A DNA stretch of 64,000 bases from Myxococcota bacterium. Lineage in GTDB: Bacteria > Myxococcota_A > Polyangia > Nannocystales > Nannocystaceae. Every line of letters starts with the position of its first letter. Within the stretch, counting starts at the first letter, position 1. This document shows positions 10,157-20,000 of this stretch, piece after piece. Location: positions 64,001 through 128,000 of the forward strand of contig JBCCHT010000012.1 of assembly GCA_039028615.1 (NCBI GenBank), written 5' to 3'. A model generated the notes under the pieces. That model saw only the letters and a program-made list of their open reading frames with translations, ran no database searches and was not told where the DNA came from. The translations under genes were made by a program, and so were the position numbers.

Positions 10157-11394
10157 GACCCGAGGCTCTTCAGGCCGGCGACCCGGCGGCGCTGGCCGTC
10201 GTCGGTGTCGAGGCTGAAGCTGTGGCCGTGGCCGATCTCGTTGATCATCGCGGTGAGCTGCTCGGCGGCGCGGCGCAGCTCGGTCTTGGCCCCGCGCGGG
10301 ACCTTGGCGAACAACGCATGCACCACCCGCTGGCTGTCCGGGTCGAACTCCCACATGCCCACGATCTCGTCCCCGCATGCGATCGGCCGCGATGCGAGGT
10401 GACGGGCCTTGCCCAGCGTGGTCGCTCGGGTTCCGCCCCAGGCTTCGGCCGGGAGATCATGGAACTGGGGATCGACCAGACGACGCGGGCCGCCGCGCAA
10501 CGCGACGAAGTTGTCGGCGAAGGGCAGCAAGGCGATCCGGGTCGAGCGCTCGGCCGGCTTCGCGAGCCCTTCGCTTTGGCCCGGCAACACGAACGCGGCC
10601 GCCTTGTCGTCTTCGACGCGCAGCTCTTCCGCTTCGAGGCGCCCGAGTGAGGCCTTGATGTCGCGCTGCGGCATGCCGGACCACGTCGCGATTTCCTTGG
10701 CGGTGGCCGGCCCCGCGTTGCGCAAGAAGCGTTTCACGACCGTATCGACCAGCTCGTCCGGGTCGGCGGACGAGGTCTCCGGCGAGTCGGCGATCGCCCA
10801 CTCGTACCGCTCGCTGTCCAGACGCCCGCCAGGCAAGGTGCGGACGATCGTCCCGGAGAACTCGAGCACGCGTAGCGCGGGAGGCAGGGGCGAGGACACA
10901 CCGACCTTCTTCCCCGCCGCGCCCAGGCTACGAACGCTGCCCTCGGGGAGGCCCCGGCGAATCTTGTCGGTCGTCGCGGGGCCATTGTCCGCGAGCCACT
11001 TGGACACCGACTTGGCGAGCCGCTCCACCTCCCCCTTTTTCACCCTGGCCTTGTCCAGATCGCGCTGGATCCGAGACGCCGAGAGGTGATTGGCCAGGCG
11101 CAGCAGCAGCGGCGCCTCGGCCTTGGTCACCAGGTAGATGCAGCCCCGTACCGCCGGTACGACCCGCAGCGCTCCTCGCTGCACCGCACGATTGATGGTG
11201 CCCACCGACGCCTTCGAAGCCCGGGAGGCGATGGCGACATAGGCCTCCACTCCACCCAGCGTGCGCGGCCACCCGGTGCGCTCGACCACCGTATCGGGGC
11301 GAGTGCCCTTGGCCTCGGCCAGCCCCTGACTCGCATGCCAGTGGGCGCGAGCCCGGGCCAAGCTGATGGTCATCGTCGCGGGGCGCTTGCTCAT
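10153..11394 (-). CDS. AlkZ/YcaQ-like (HTH_42) winged-helix DNA glycosylase family protein
   Basis: AVRGCIYLV, RFLRNAGPATAKEIATWSG, LLPFADNF and IVGMW motifs. Confidence 0.75.
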   Translation of the reverse strand: MSKRPATMTISLARARAHWHASQGLAEAKGTRPDTVVERTGWPRTLGGVEAYVAIASRASKASVGTINRAVQRGALRVVPAVRGCIYLVTKAEAPLLLRLANHLSASRIQRDLDKARVKKGEVERLAKSVSKWLADNGPATTDKIRRGLPEGSVRSLGAAGKKVGVSSPLPPALRVLEFSGTIVRTLPGGRLDSERYEWAIADSPETSSADPDELVDTVVKRFLRNAGPATAKEIATWSGMPQRDIKASLGRLEAEELRVEDDKAAAFVLPGQSEGLAKPAERSTRIALLPFADNFVALRGGPRRLVDPQFHDLPAEAWGGTRATTLGKARHLASRPIACGDEIVGMWEFDPDSQRVVHALFAKVPRGAKTELRRAAEQLTAMINEIGHGHSFSLDTDDGQRRRVAGLKSLGS

Positions 11395-11487
11395 GGTCCC
11401 GACGATAGCGCGAACCGCCGTCGCCCGAGATGCGAGCACCCGCAAGCGGAGCAAAACCCCGTTGTGACAGCCCCGCGCCGATCCGTC

Positions 11488-12627
11488 ATGATGGACAGCG
11501 TCGTGATCGACCCCACCGCCACCGACCCTCGCGACGAGCTGAAGCGCTTCGACCCCACGATCCCGATCGCCAAGGCCTGGACCCCGCCTTCGTCTTGGTA
11601 CACCTCCCCCGAGATCTACGAGCTGGAGCGTCGCCACGTCTTTGGGCGCACGTGGCAGCCGGTCGCTCGCCTGGCCACGCTGCAGGCGCCCGGTGCCTAC
11701 GCCAGCGGGTGCACGGCGTCCGAGCCCTGGGTCGTGCTTCGCGACGACGAGCAGCGGCTCCGTGGGTTCTCGAACACCTGCCGCCACAAGGGCCGCGAGG
11801 TCGTGCAGGGCAGCGGCCAGGCCGACGCGCTCGTCTGTGGCTACCACGCGTGGACCTACGACCTCCGCGGTCGCCTTCGCAGTGCGCCGCGCATGGCCGG
11901 GATCCAGGACTTCGATCGCGAGCAGATGTCCCTACCTTCGCTGGCCACCGAGTCCTGGGGGCCGTGGGCGTGGCTGAACCACGATCGTCAGGCTCCCGCG
12001 CTGCTGTCCCGGGTCCGCCCGCTCGACGAGCGACTGGCTCGCACCGACTGGGGAGCGCTACGCTTCCACTCGAGCGTGTCGTGGACCCTGGAGTGCAACT
12101 GGAAGGTCTACGTCGACAACTACCTCGACGGCGGCTACCACATCCCGCACATGCACCCGTCGCTCGATGCCCAGGTCGACATGGCCTCGTATCGCACGGA
12201 GTGCTTCGACCAGTTCTCGATCCAGACCGTCGACCCTTCGAGCGCCGCCGACGACCGCACCAAGGTCGATCCCGCGGAACGGATCGGGCCAGGGGCGATC
12301 TACGCGTGGATCTACCCCAACTTCATGATCAACCGGTACGGCCCGTGCCTCGACTCCAACCATGTGGTGCCGCTGGGGCCGAACCGCTGCCGGGTCGACT
12401 ACGAATTTTACTTCATCGAGGGCGAGGGCGAAGACGCCCTCGCCTTCGTCGAGCAGAGCATCGAGCAGGCCGCCATCACCCAGCAAGAAGACATCGCGAT
12501 CTGCGAGTCGGTGCAGCGGGGGCTCGCCTCGCGGCACTACGAGGTCGGGCGCTACGCGCCGCGCGTCGAGCAGGGTGAGCATCACTTTCATCGGCTGCTC
12601 GCCGCCGATCTCCGCCACACCGAGTAA
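11488..12627 (+). CDS. Rieske non-heme iron oxygenase alpha subunit (choline monooxygenase-like)
   Basis: CRH..CGYH; NWKVYVDNYLDGGYHIPHMH; EDIAICESVQRGL; GRYAP..HHFH. Confidence 0.9.
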   Translation: MMDSVVIDPTATDPRDELKRFDPTIPIAKAWTPPSSWYTSPEIYELERRHVFGRTWQPVARLATLQAPGAYASGCTASEPWVVLRDDEQRLRGFSNTCRHKGREVVQGSGQADALVCGYHAWTYDLRGRLRSAPRMAGIQDFDREQMSLPSLATESWGPWAWLNHDRQAPALLSRVRPLDERLARTDWGALRFHSSVSWTLECNWKVYVDNYLDGGYHIPHMHPSLDAQVDMASYRTECFDQFSIQTVDPSSAADDRTKVDPAERIGPGAIYAWIYPNFMINRYGPCLDSNHVVPLGPNRCRVDYEFYFIEGEGEDALAFVEQSIEQAAITQQEDIAICESVQRGLASRHYEVGRYAPRVEQGEHHFHRLLAADLRHTE

Positions 12628-12670
12628 GCGTGGCTTGTGGCAAAGGGCGGGCCTCGCTAGCTTCGGGACG

Positions 12671-14050
12671 ATGCCTCCTGGCCCCGACGCCGAAACGCTC
12701 GCGACCGTCGCGGCTCAGCTCATCACCCAGCAGCTCCAACGCGACGAACACGAACCCATGCGCCCGCTTCGAAGCGCGACCGAGCTCGAGGCTTCGCTCC
12801 CGCTGGCGCTCGACGGCTCGTCCCTGCCGTGGACGCGGACGATCGAGCTGCTGGGCGAGGTCCTGGCCGCGACCCCCACGACCAGCAGTCGGCGCTTCTT
12901 CAACCAGCTCTTCGGCGGCCGCGACCCCGTCGCCACGCTCGCCGAGCTGACCACGGTCATCTCCAACACCCCCATGCACACCTTCAAGGCGAGCGGGGTC
13001 CAGGTGCTCATCGAGCGCGAGGTCCTGCGACGCATGGGCGCGATGGCGGGTATGACCGAGGGCGACGGCGTGATCGCTCCCGGCGGCTCGATCTCCAACC
13101 TCATGGGGATGATGCTGGCGCGCAACACCGCGGTCGCGAAGGCTCGGAGTGAAGGGCTGCCGGGCACCCGCCTGTGCGTCTACACCTCGGAGGCCAGCCA
13201 CTACTCGGTGCGCAAGGCGGCCGGCGTGCTCGGCTTCGGTCGCGACAACGTCCGCCGGGTGCCCATCGACCACCAGGGCCGGATGCGCCCCGACGCGCTG
13301 GCATCGATGATCGAGGAGGATCGAGCTGCGGGTGCCCTGCCCGTGATGATCAACGCGACCGCATGCACCACCGTGCTCGGGGCCTTCGATCCCCTGCCCG
13401 CCCTCGCCGACCTCGCCGAAGAGACCGGAGTCTGGCTGCACGTCGATGCGGCGTACGGCGGCTCGATCCTGCTCTCCCCCCAGCATCGGCATCACCTCGA
13501 GGGCACCGCCCGCGCGGACTCGCTGACCTGGGATGCCCACAAGCTGCTCGGCGTGCCGCTCACCTGCTCGGCCCTGCTCACCCGCCGAGCGGGCGTGTGC
13601 ACGGAGCACCTCGACGAGCCCGCGAGCTACCTGTTCCAAGACGACGCGTTCTACGACCCCGGCCGCGGTTCACTGCAGTGCGCGCGTCGTAACGATGCGC
13701 TCAAGCTGTGGCTTTCGTGGAAGCACCACGGCGACGAAGGGTTCGCTCGGCGCATCGACACGCTCTTCGCCCTGGCCCAGCACGTCGCGGCGCGAGTCGA
13801 GGCCGAGCCCCGCTGCCGCCTCATGCGACCCCCCGCGTCCGTCAACGTCTGCTTCGAGGTCCTGGGCGTCGACAACCGCCGGCTCTGCCGCGTGCTGTGG
13901 GAGCGGGGCATCGCCAAGATCGGCCACGCGCGGGTCGACGACCGCGACATCGTGCGATGGGTCTTCGTCAATCCCGAGGTGGAACCGGCCGAGGTCGACA
14001 CCGTGCTCGACGAGCTGCTGGCCCTGGCCGAAGACCTCGATGGAACCTGA
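12671..14050 (+). CDS. Group II PLP-dependent decarboxylase (GAD/CSAD-like)
   Basis: FFNQLF, PGGSISN, HYSV, TTVLGAFDP, WLHVDAAYGG, DAHK PLP lysine. Confidence 0.9.
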   Translation: MPPGPDAETLATVAAQLITQQLQRDEHEPMRPLRSATELEASLPLALDGSSLPWTRTIELLGEVLAATPTTSSRRFFNQLFGGRDPVATLAELTTVISNTPMHTFKASGVQVLIEREVLRRMGAMAGMTEGDGVIAPGGSISNLMGMMLARNTAVAKARSEGLPGTRLCVYTSEASHYSVRKAAGVLGFGRDNVRRVPIDHQGRMRPDALASMIEEDRAAGALPVMINATACTTVLGAFDPLPALADLAEETGVWLHVDAAYGGSILLSPQHRHHLEGTARADSLTWDAHKLLGVPLTCSALLTRRAGVCTEHLDEPASYLFQDDAFYDPGRGSLQCARRNDALKLWLSWKHHGDEGFARRIDTLFALAQHVAARVEAEPRCRLMRPPASVNVCFEVLGVDNRRLCRVLWERGIAKIGHARVDDRDIVRWVFVNPEVEPAEVDTVLDELLALAEDLDGT

Positions 14051-14159
14051 GCCGGACGCGGGCCCCCGCGTATGGCCTCGAGCGGTCGTGACCACGATGT
14101 GACCTTCCGGTCGCCCGTGGCCTTGGCCTCCTGCCCGCTGCATCCGGCATCATCTCCCT

Positions 14160-15839
14160 GTGCGACGCCGCGAGCTTCTGACGGGGACCTCTGCCCTCGG
14201 CCTGTTCGGTTGCCGACCGACGGCCCCCGCCGCCATTCCGCCCGCGCCTCCGACGACGCGGCCGATGCCCTCGCCCGACGCGGACCCATCGGCGCCCCCG
14301 AGCCCATTCCTCCACGGCGTGGCCTCGGGCGATCCGCTGGCCGACCGCGTGATCCTCTGGACCCGCGTCACCCCCCTCGCCCGCGATGCCGAAATCGACA
14401 CACGCTGGGAAATCGCCCTCGACCCCCAGCTGCGTCGGGTCGTCGGCCGGGGCTCCCGACGCGTCACCGCGGCCACCGATCACACCCTCAAGATCGACGT
14501 GACTGGCCTTCAGCCGGGGCAGGCCTACTACTACCGCTTCGAAGCCGCCGGGCACCGCTCGCCGATCGGCCGCACCCGCACCGCCCCCACCGGCTCCATC
14601 GACCGCCTGCGACTCGCCACCGCGTCCTGCTCCAACTACCCCTACGGCTTCTTCAACGTCTACGGGGCAATCGCGCGTCGCAACGACCTGCACGCCGTGC
14701 TGCACCTGGGCGACTACCTCTACGAGTACGAGAACGGCCGCTACGGCGACGGAACCCCGCTTTCCCGCGAGCCCGACCCCGTCGACCGCGAGATGGTGAG
14801 CCTGGCCGACTACCGAGCCCGGCACGCCATCTACAAGACCGACCCCGATCTCCAGGAGCTGCACCGACAGCATCCGGTCATCGCGATCTGGGACGACCAC
14901 GAGTTCACCAACGACGCCTGGTGGGGCGGCGCCCAGAACCACCAGCCGGAAGAAGGAGACTGGCCGACCCGCCGCGCCGCCGCAGTGCGTGCCTATTGGG
15001 AGTGGATGCCGATTCGCGAGCTGCCCAGCGATCCCACCGGACAGATCCACCGCCGCATCCGCTTCGGCAACCTGCTCGATCTGGTCATGCTCGACACTCG
15101 CCTGCGCGGACGAGATCGCCAGGCCGACTGGCACCAGCCGGGCTACGAGGCCATCGTCGCCGATCCCGAGCGCAGCCTGCTCGGACGCCCCCAGGAAGCC
15201 TGGCTCGCCGCCCAGCTCGAACGCTCGCGCGACGACGGCATCGCATGGAGGGTGCTGGGCCAGCAGGTGATGATGAGCGCGCTGCAGCCCCGCTCGCTGG
15301 GGGACTGGGTGAACACGGACATGTGGGACGGCTACGCGCCCGCCCGACGGCGCCTCCTCGACCATGTCGCGGGCGCGAAGATCGAGGACCTCGTCGTGCT
15401 GACGGGGGACATCCACAGCTCGTGGGGGTTCGAGATCGCGGCCGATCCCTTTGGGCGTGGCTACGATCCGGTGACCGGACGGGGAGCGCTGGCGGTGGAG
15501 TTCGTGACGCCGTCGGTCTCGTCGCCGTCTCCGGTCGCACCCGACCAGGCGCTCGCGAAAGAGCAGCACATGAAGGACTTGCATCCGCACCTGCGCTTCG
15601 TCGAGCTACGACATCGGGGCTACACCATCCTCGACATCGATCACGACCGTACGGTGTGTGAATGGCACCATGTCGATGGGGTGGATGAGCGAGCCATCGT
15701 CGAGCAACACACTCGGTCGCTCGCCACCGCGCGAGGCAAGGCGCAGCTGGTCGATGTGAAGGACGTGACGACGGCGGACCCTGATGCGCCGGCTCCGGCT
15801 CCGGGTGGAGCGTCGTCCGGCATGATCGACGCGCGCTGA
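14160..15839 (+). CDS. phoD: Alkaline phosphatase D, Tat-exported
   Basis: MRRRELL Tat signal; HGVASGDP, HLGDYLYE, WDDHE, WDGY, TGDIHSSW. Confidence 0.92.
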   Translation: MRRRELLTGTSALGLFGCRPTAPAAIPPAPPTTRPMPSPDADPSAPPSPFLHGVASGDPLADRVILWTRVTPLARDAEIDTRWEIALDPQLRRVVGRGSRRVTAATDHTLKIDVTGLQPGQAYYYRFEAAGHRSPIGRTRTAPTGSIDRLRLATASCSNYPYGFFNVYGAIARRNDLHAVLHLGDYLYEYENGRYGDGTPLSREPDPVDREMVSLADYRARHAIYKTDPDLQELHRQHPVIAIWDDHEFTNDAWWGGAQNHQPEEGDWPTRRAAAVRAYWEWMPIRELPSDPTGQIHRRIRFGNLLDLVMLDTRLRGRDRQADWHQPGYEAIVADPERSLLGRPQEAWLAAQLERSRDDGIAWRVLGQQVMMSALQPRSLGDWVNTDMWDGYAPARRRLLDHVAGAKIEDLVVLTGDIHSSWGFEIAADPFGRGYDPVTGRGALAVEFVTPSVSSPSPVAPDQALAKEQHMKDLHPHLRFVELRHRGYTILDIDHDRTVCEWHHVDGVDERAIVEQHTRSLATARGKAQLVDVKDVTTADPDAPAPAPGGASSGMIDAR

Positions 15840-16013
15840 CCTTGGCCGGCATCGGACGCTCGGTTCTCCTCCCGTGGTGGCTAGAGCGCCCACCCGTCGG
15901 CTACATCGTTATCCTGCGAGCATTGCCGAGTGCGATCGGGACCCCATGCGAGGCTTGCAGTTTCGAGCTCCGACCCTCGCAATTTCTCGCCATCGGGATG
16001 GCCGAGCCTCGGT

Positions 16014-16029
16014 TGGCACCGGCGTTGCA
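16014..16029 (+). promoter_or_regulatory. Sigma54 (-24/-12) promoter
   Basis: TGGCAC-CGGCG-TTGCA matches the consensus and lies just upstream of ATG 16042. Confidence 0.7.
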
Positions 16030-16041
16030 CAAACAGCGGGC

Positions 16042-16935
16042 ATGAACGCCAAGCTCGCTTCCTTCGTCGCAACCGGAATCGTCTCCATCGTTGCCGCTGC
16101 CTCGCCACGCACTGCGCACGCGGGCATTCCGGTGACCATCGACGGTACGAGCGGGGACGATGAGATCGAGATCGTCGACGGGGTGCTGACCCTCAACGGG
16201 GGCGCCCAGGTGGACTTGGAGGACATTCTCCCCGACGACTTTGCCTACGACGTGACGATCAATGGCTTGGCGGGTAACGACACCATCATCGTCGATGGCC
16301 TCGACGCGCTTGCCGACACCATCACGTTCACCATCAATGGTGGCGACGGCGAGGACAACCTCGTCAACTACGACAGCCAGGAATCGGTGACCGTCGTCGG
16401 TGGCGATGGCATCGACGCCTGCGCCGAGAACGTCGTCGCCAGCCAGTGTGAGACGGACGTCGACCTCGCGGGCCTGGGGATGGCATGGGACTACGACGCC
16501 AGCCTCAACGAGTTCACGATCTGGGGAACGACCGGGGCGGATCAGATCGCGGTCTTCAACATCTTCACCGTCGGCGTCTACCTCTTCAACGGCACCGCGA
16601 CCGGCCTCGGCGACGTCTTGTTCGACTACGGAGACGACGTCAATCAGTTCCCCATCGACAGCTTGGTCATCCGCGGCCGCCGCGGCGCCGACGAGATCTG
16701 GGTGATGCCCTCCGCACACGCGGAACATGTCACCGTCTACGGTGGATACGGAGCCGATGACATCATCACGATGGGGCACATCGGCTCGGGAAGCACCGTG
16801 GTCATCGATGGCGGCCGGAACGCCAACGACACTTGCTACACCGGCGTCAATGACATCCACAACGGCTCGTATCAGACGATCGACTGCGAGAACTCTGGAA
16901 ACCTCGAGTTCACCGACTTCGATCCCGTCGAGTAG
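16042..16935 (+). CDS. Secreted acidic protein with RTX-like calcium-binding repeats
   Basis: Signal ending AHA; repeats GTSGDDEI, GLAGNDTI, GGDGEDNL, GGDGID, GGYGADDI. Confidence 0.7.
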   Translation: MNAKLASFVATGIVSIVAAASPRTAHAGIPVTIDGTSGDDEIEIVDGVLTLNGGAQVDLEDILPDDFAYDVTINGLAGNDTIIVDGLDALADTITFTINGGDGEDNLVNYDSQESVTVVGGDGIDACAENVVASQCETDVDLAGLGMAWDYDASLNEFTIWGTTGADQIAVFNIFTVGVYLFNGTATGLGDVLFDYGDDVNQFPIDSLVIRGRRGADEIWVMPSAHAEHVTVYGGYGADDIITMGHIGSGSTVVIDGGRNANDTCYTGVNDIHNGSYQTIDCENSGNLEFTDFDPVE

Positions 16936-16962
16936 ACGCGGCCTCCGCCCAGCGCCCCTTCG

Positions 16963-17000
16963 AAACGAAAACGACCGACGAGGAACACCCCGTCGGTCGT
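16963..17000 (-). terminator. Intrinsic terminator for the activator/dehydratase operon (possibly bidirectional)
   Basis: ACGACCGACG-10nt-CGTCGGTCGT with a T-rich tail on the minus strand. Confidence 0.7.
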
Positions 17001-17025
17001 CCGTTGCCTCAGCGGGTCGGAGCGA

Positions 17026-20000
17026 TCAGCTCGGCTCGTCGCGCTTGGCCGCGGGTGCCGAAGCGGGAGCCTCGGCCGGACGCGGAGCGTTGCGCATGTC
17101 GGCACCACGGTGAGCGCCCGCCGTCTTGTTGAGCGTATCCGCCTGCGCCCCGTTGACCTTCTTGCCCTGCGCGATGTTCAGGTACTTGCGGTTGACGTCC
17201 TTGGGTCGCAGCCCCGCCGCATCGAGCAGTACGTCGGGCTTGTTCGCCGCAGCCTCGCCCATTGCCAGCGCCGCCGCCTCGATCTTCGCCATGAGCTCGG
17301 CCTGGTACTCCCGCATCCGCTCCGCCACTCGACCCCGAGCCGGCTTCTCCGTCTGCAGATCCTCCTGGTAGCGCTTGAGGAAGTACCCGATCGTCTCCGT
17401 CCGAATCTTGATCGACCCGGTCGGCTTGTTCTCGTCGATGTCCTTGAACGAGAAGTAGGGCGTGCCCGAGGTCTCCACGATCTCTTCGATGACCGTGTAG
17501 ATGGGCGCATCGTGCCCGCACTTGAAGCTCGACAGCTCCAGCGCCACCAGGTTGGGGTGACGGGCGCAGTACTTGGCCGCCCACACCTTCTGGTTGGTGT
17601 TCTCGGAGTAGCTGTTCTTCCAGACGTCGTAGATGTCGAAGGGGTCCTTGATGAAGCCCGCGTCGATGTCGTCCTGGAACAGCGGCCCCACGATCTCCTC
17701 GTCGATGGGCAACGAGTGGATGGTGAAGATGGGGTAGCCCAGCTTCTGGAGCTCGTCCGGGATCTCGTGATTCATGCCCGGATCGTTGTGGTAGGGCCGC
17801 GCCAGCAGGACGATGCCGATGCGGTTGTCCTCTTCGAGCTCGCGCAGCACCTCGCGGCCCTTGTCGCGGAGCTTGTCGACGAACTTCTCCTGCGCCTTGA
17901 AGCCCTCTTCGACGGCCAGGCTGTTCTCCTCGGGAGACAGGCCCAGCACGTCGCCGAAGTAGCCCAGCAGCTCGCGCTTGCAGAGCTTGGGCTCGCGCAT
18001 GTGCACGAAGGGCACGATGTGCAGGATGCCCTTCTCGACGAAGATGTCGCCCTCTTTGACGAAGGCCGCCTTGGTCGTGTCGGCCGAGCCCACCACGGTG
18101 GGGCAGGCACGCGCGCCGACCGAGGAGCTCAGCCAGGTGTCCATCGAGTCCACCTGAGGGAACACGATGAGGTCGAGCGGTCGCTTCTTGTGCTTCACCT
18201 CGAGGAGGTTGTGCATGTGGGCGATGCAGACCTTCGACGGGAAGCAGGGGTCGATCGCGCCCCGCTTCGCGCCTTCCTTGTACATCTCCTCGGAGGTGTA
18301 GTCGGAGTACACGAGGTTGCGGGGCGGGATGCCCAGCGCCTCGAAGTAGGCGGAGAAGAACGGGTTCTGCGAGTACTGGTTGAGCACGCGCGGGATGCCG
18401 ATGCGCAGCTTCTTGCGAGCGCGGATCTTCTCGGCGCGAGCCCGGGTGGCCTCGGTGCGAGCCTTGACCTGCTTGGCGCCGGGCACCGAGTCGCCCGTGC
18501 GATCGAGCAGCTTGGCCACGCGATCACTGCGGTTGATGCGACGCAACAGACCGCTGAGCTTGTCCTGGTGCTTGGCCAGGGTGGGCGGCAGCTCGAACGC
18601 TTCGGGGAGACCGAGGCCCTTTTCCACCTCGTCGGGATCGTCAGCCACGATGGGAGGCTTGACCGCCTTCCACACGTCCTTGGCCGCGGTGGCCGCGAGG
18701 TTCGGGAAGTCCTTCTTCGCCGCGTCGAGACCGCTCTTGATCTTGCGCATCGACTCGACGTCCTCGACCTCGCCCTTCTCGCACGTGGCGATGATGAGGC
18801 GCTTGGTCGCCATCTGCGTCGCGTCGCTCTTCTTGCGGATCTGCAGCAGCTCGCCCGCCTCCATCCGCTGCTTCGCTTCCTTGTTCTCGAGCTCGATGTC
18901 GACGTCGATGAAGGTGCGCAGGCACTTGTTCTTGCAGAAGTAGCAGCGAGTGCTCTCGTCGCGCTTCTGCCGGTAGTCGATGCCCGGGACCTTGTCGAGG
19001 CCGATCCACTGCGTCTGGTGGCCGAGCCTCTGGTGCATCCGGCGGGACTCGAGCGCGGCGCCGATGGCCCCCGACTCACCGCAGTGCTTGTGCACGATGA
19101 CGTCGGCTTGCAGCCCCTTGGCCGTGAAGCGCTCCTGGATGAAGTCGACCTGCGACTTCACGGCGGCCATGTTGTGCTGCGTACCGCCCTGGAGCACGAA
19201 GCGGCTGCCCAGCTTCGCGAGGTTGGGGATCTGCGAGACGTACAGCCAGATGTTCTTGGGCAGCACGTTGGCCAGGCCGGCCATGATCTCCTCGGGCGCC
19301 CATCCCTGGCGCTGGAAGTCGACGATGTCGCTCTGCATGAACACCGCGCAGCCGTAGCCGAACATCGGCATCGACTCCGCTGCGAACGCGATGTCGGCGT
19401 ACTCGCGCACGTCGTAGCCGAAGCCGTTCGCCGTGCCCTGAAGGAAGTAACCGTTGCCCGCCGAGCACTGCGTGTTCAGCTTGAAATCCTTCACCTTGCC
19501 GTTCTTCAAGATGATGATCTTGATGTCCTGGCCGCCGACGTCGCAGACCACGTCCACGTCGTCGTAGAAGTGAAGGGCGCTCTCGCAGTGAGCCACCGTC
19601 TCGACGATGGCCGCGTCCGCCCGAAGCACGTCCTTGAGGATGTCCTTGGCGTAGCCCGTGGTGCCGACCCCGAGGATCTCGAGCGTGGCGCCGGCCCCTT
19701 CCACCTGCCCCTGAAGGTCGGCGAAGAGGTCCTTGGTGTCCTCGATCGGGTTGCCCTTGGAGAGCTGGTAGACCTTGGCGAGGATGGTGGCGTCCTCGCT
19801 GAGGAGCACCGCCTTGGACGAGGTCGAGCCGCCGTCGATGCCGACGTAGGCGCGAACCGTCTCGCCCTTCTTGAAGGTCGCGGGCACGAACTTCTCGGGC
19901 TTGTAGGCCTCCTTGAACGCGGCGAGTTCTTCCTCGTCCTTGGCCAGACCGGTGCCGCCCGCCTTCTTCTTCTCTTCCTTGCGGCCGACGTCCATGTACC

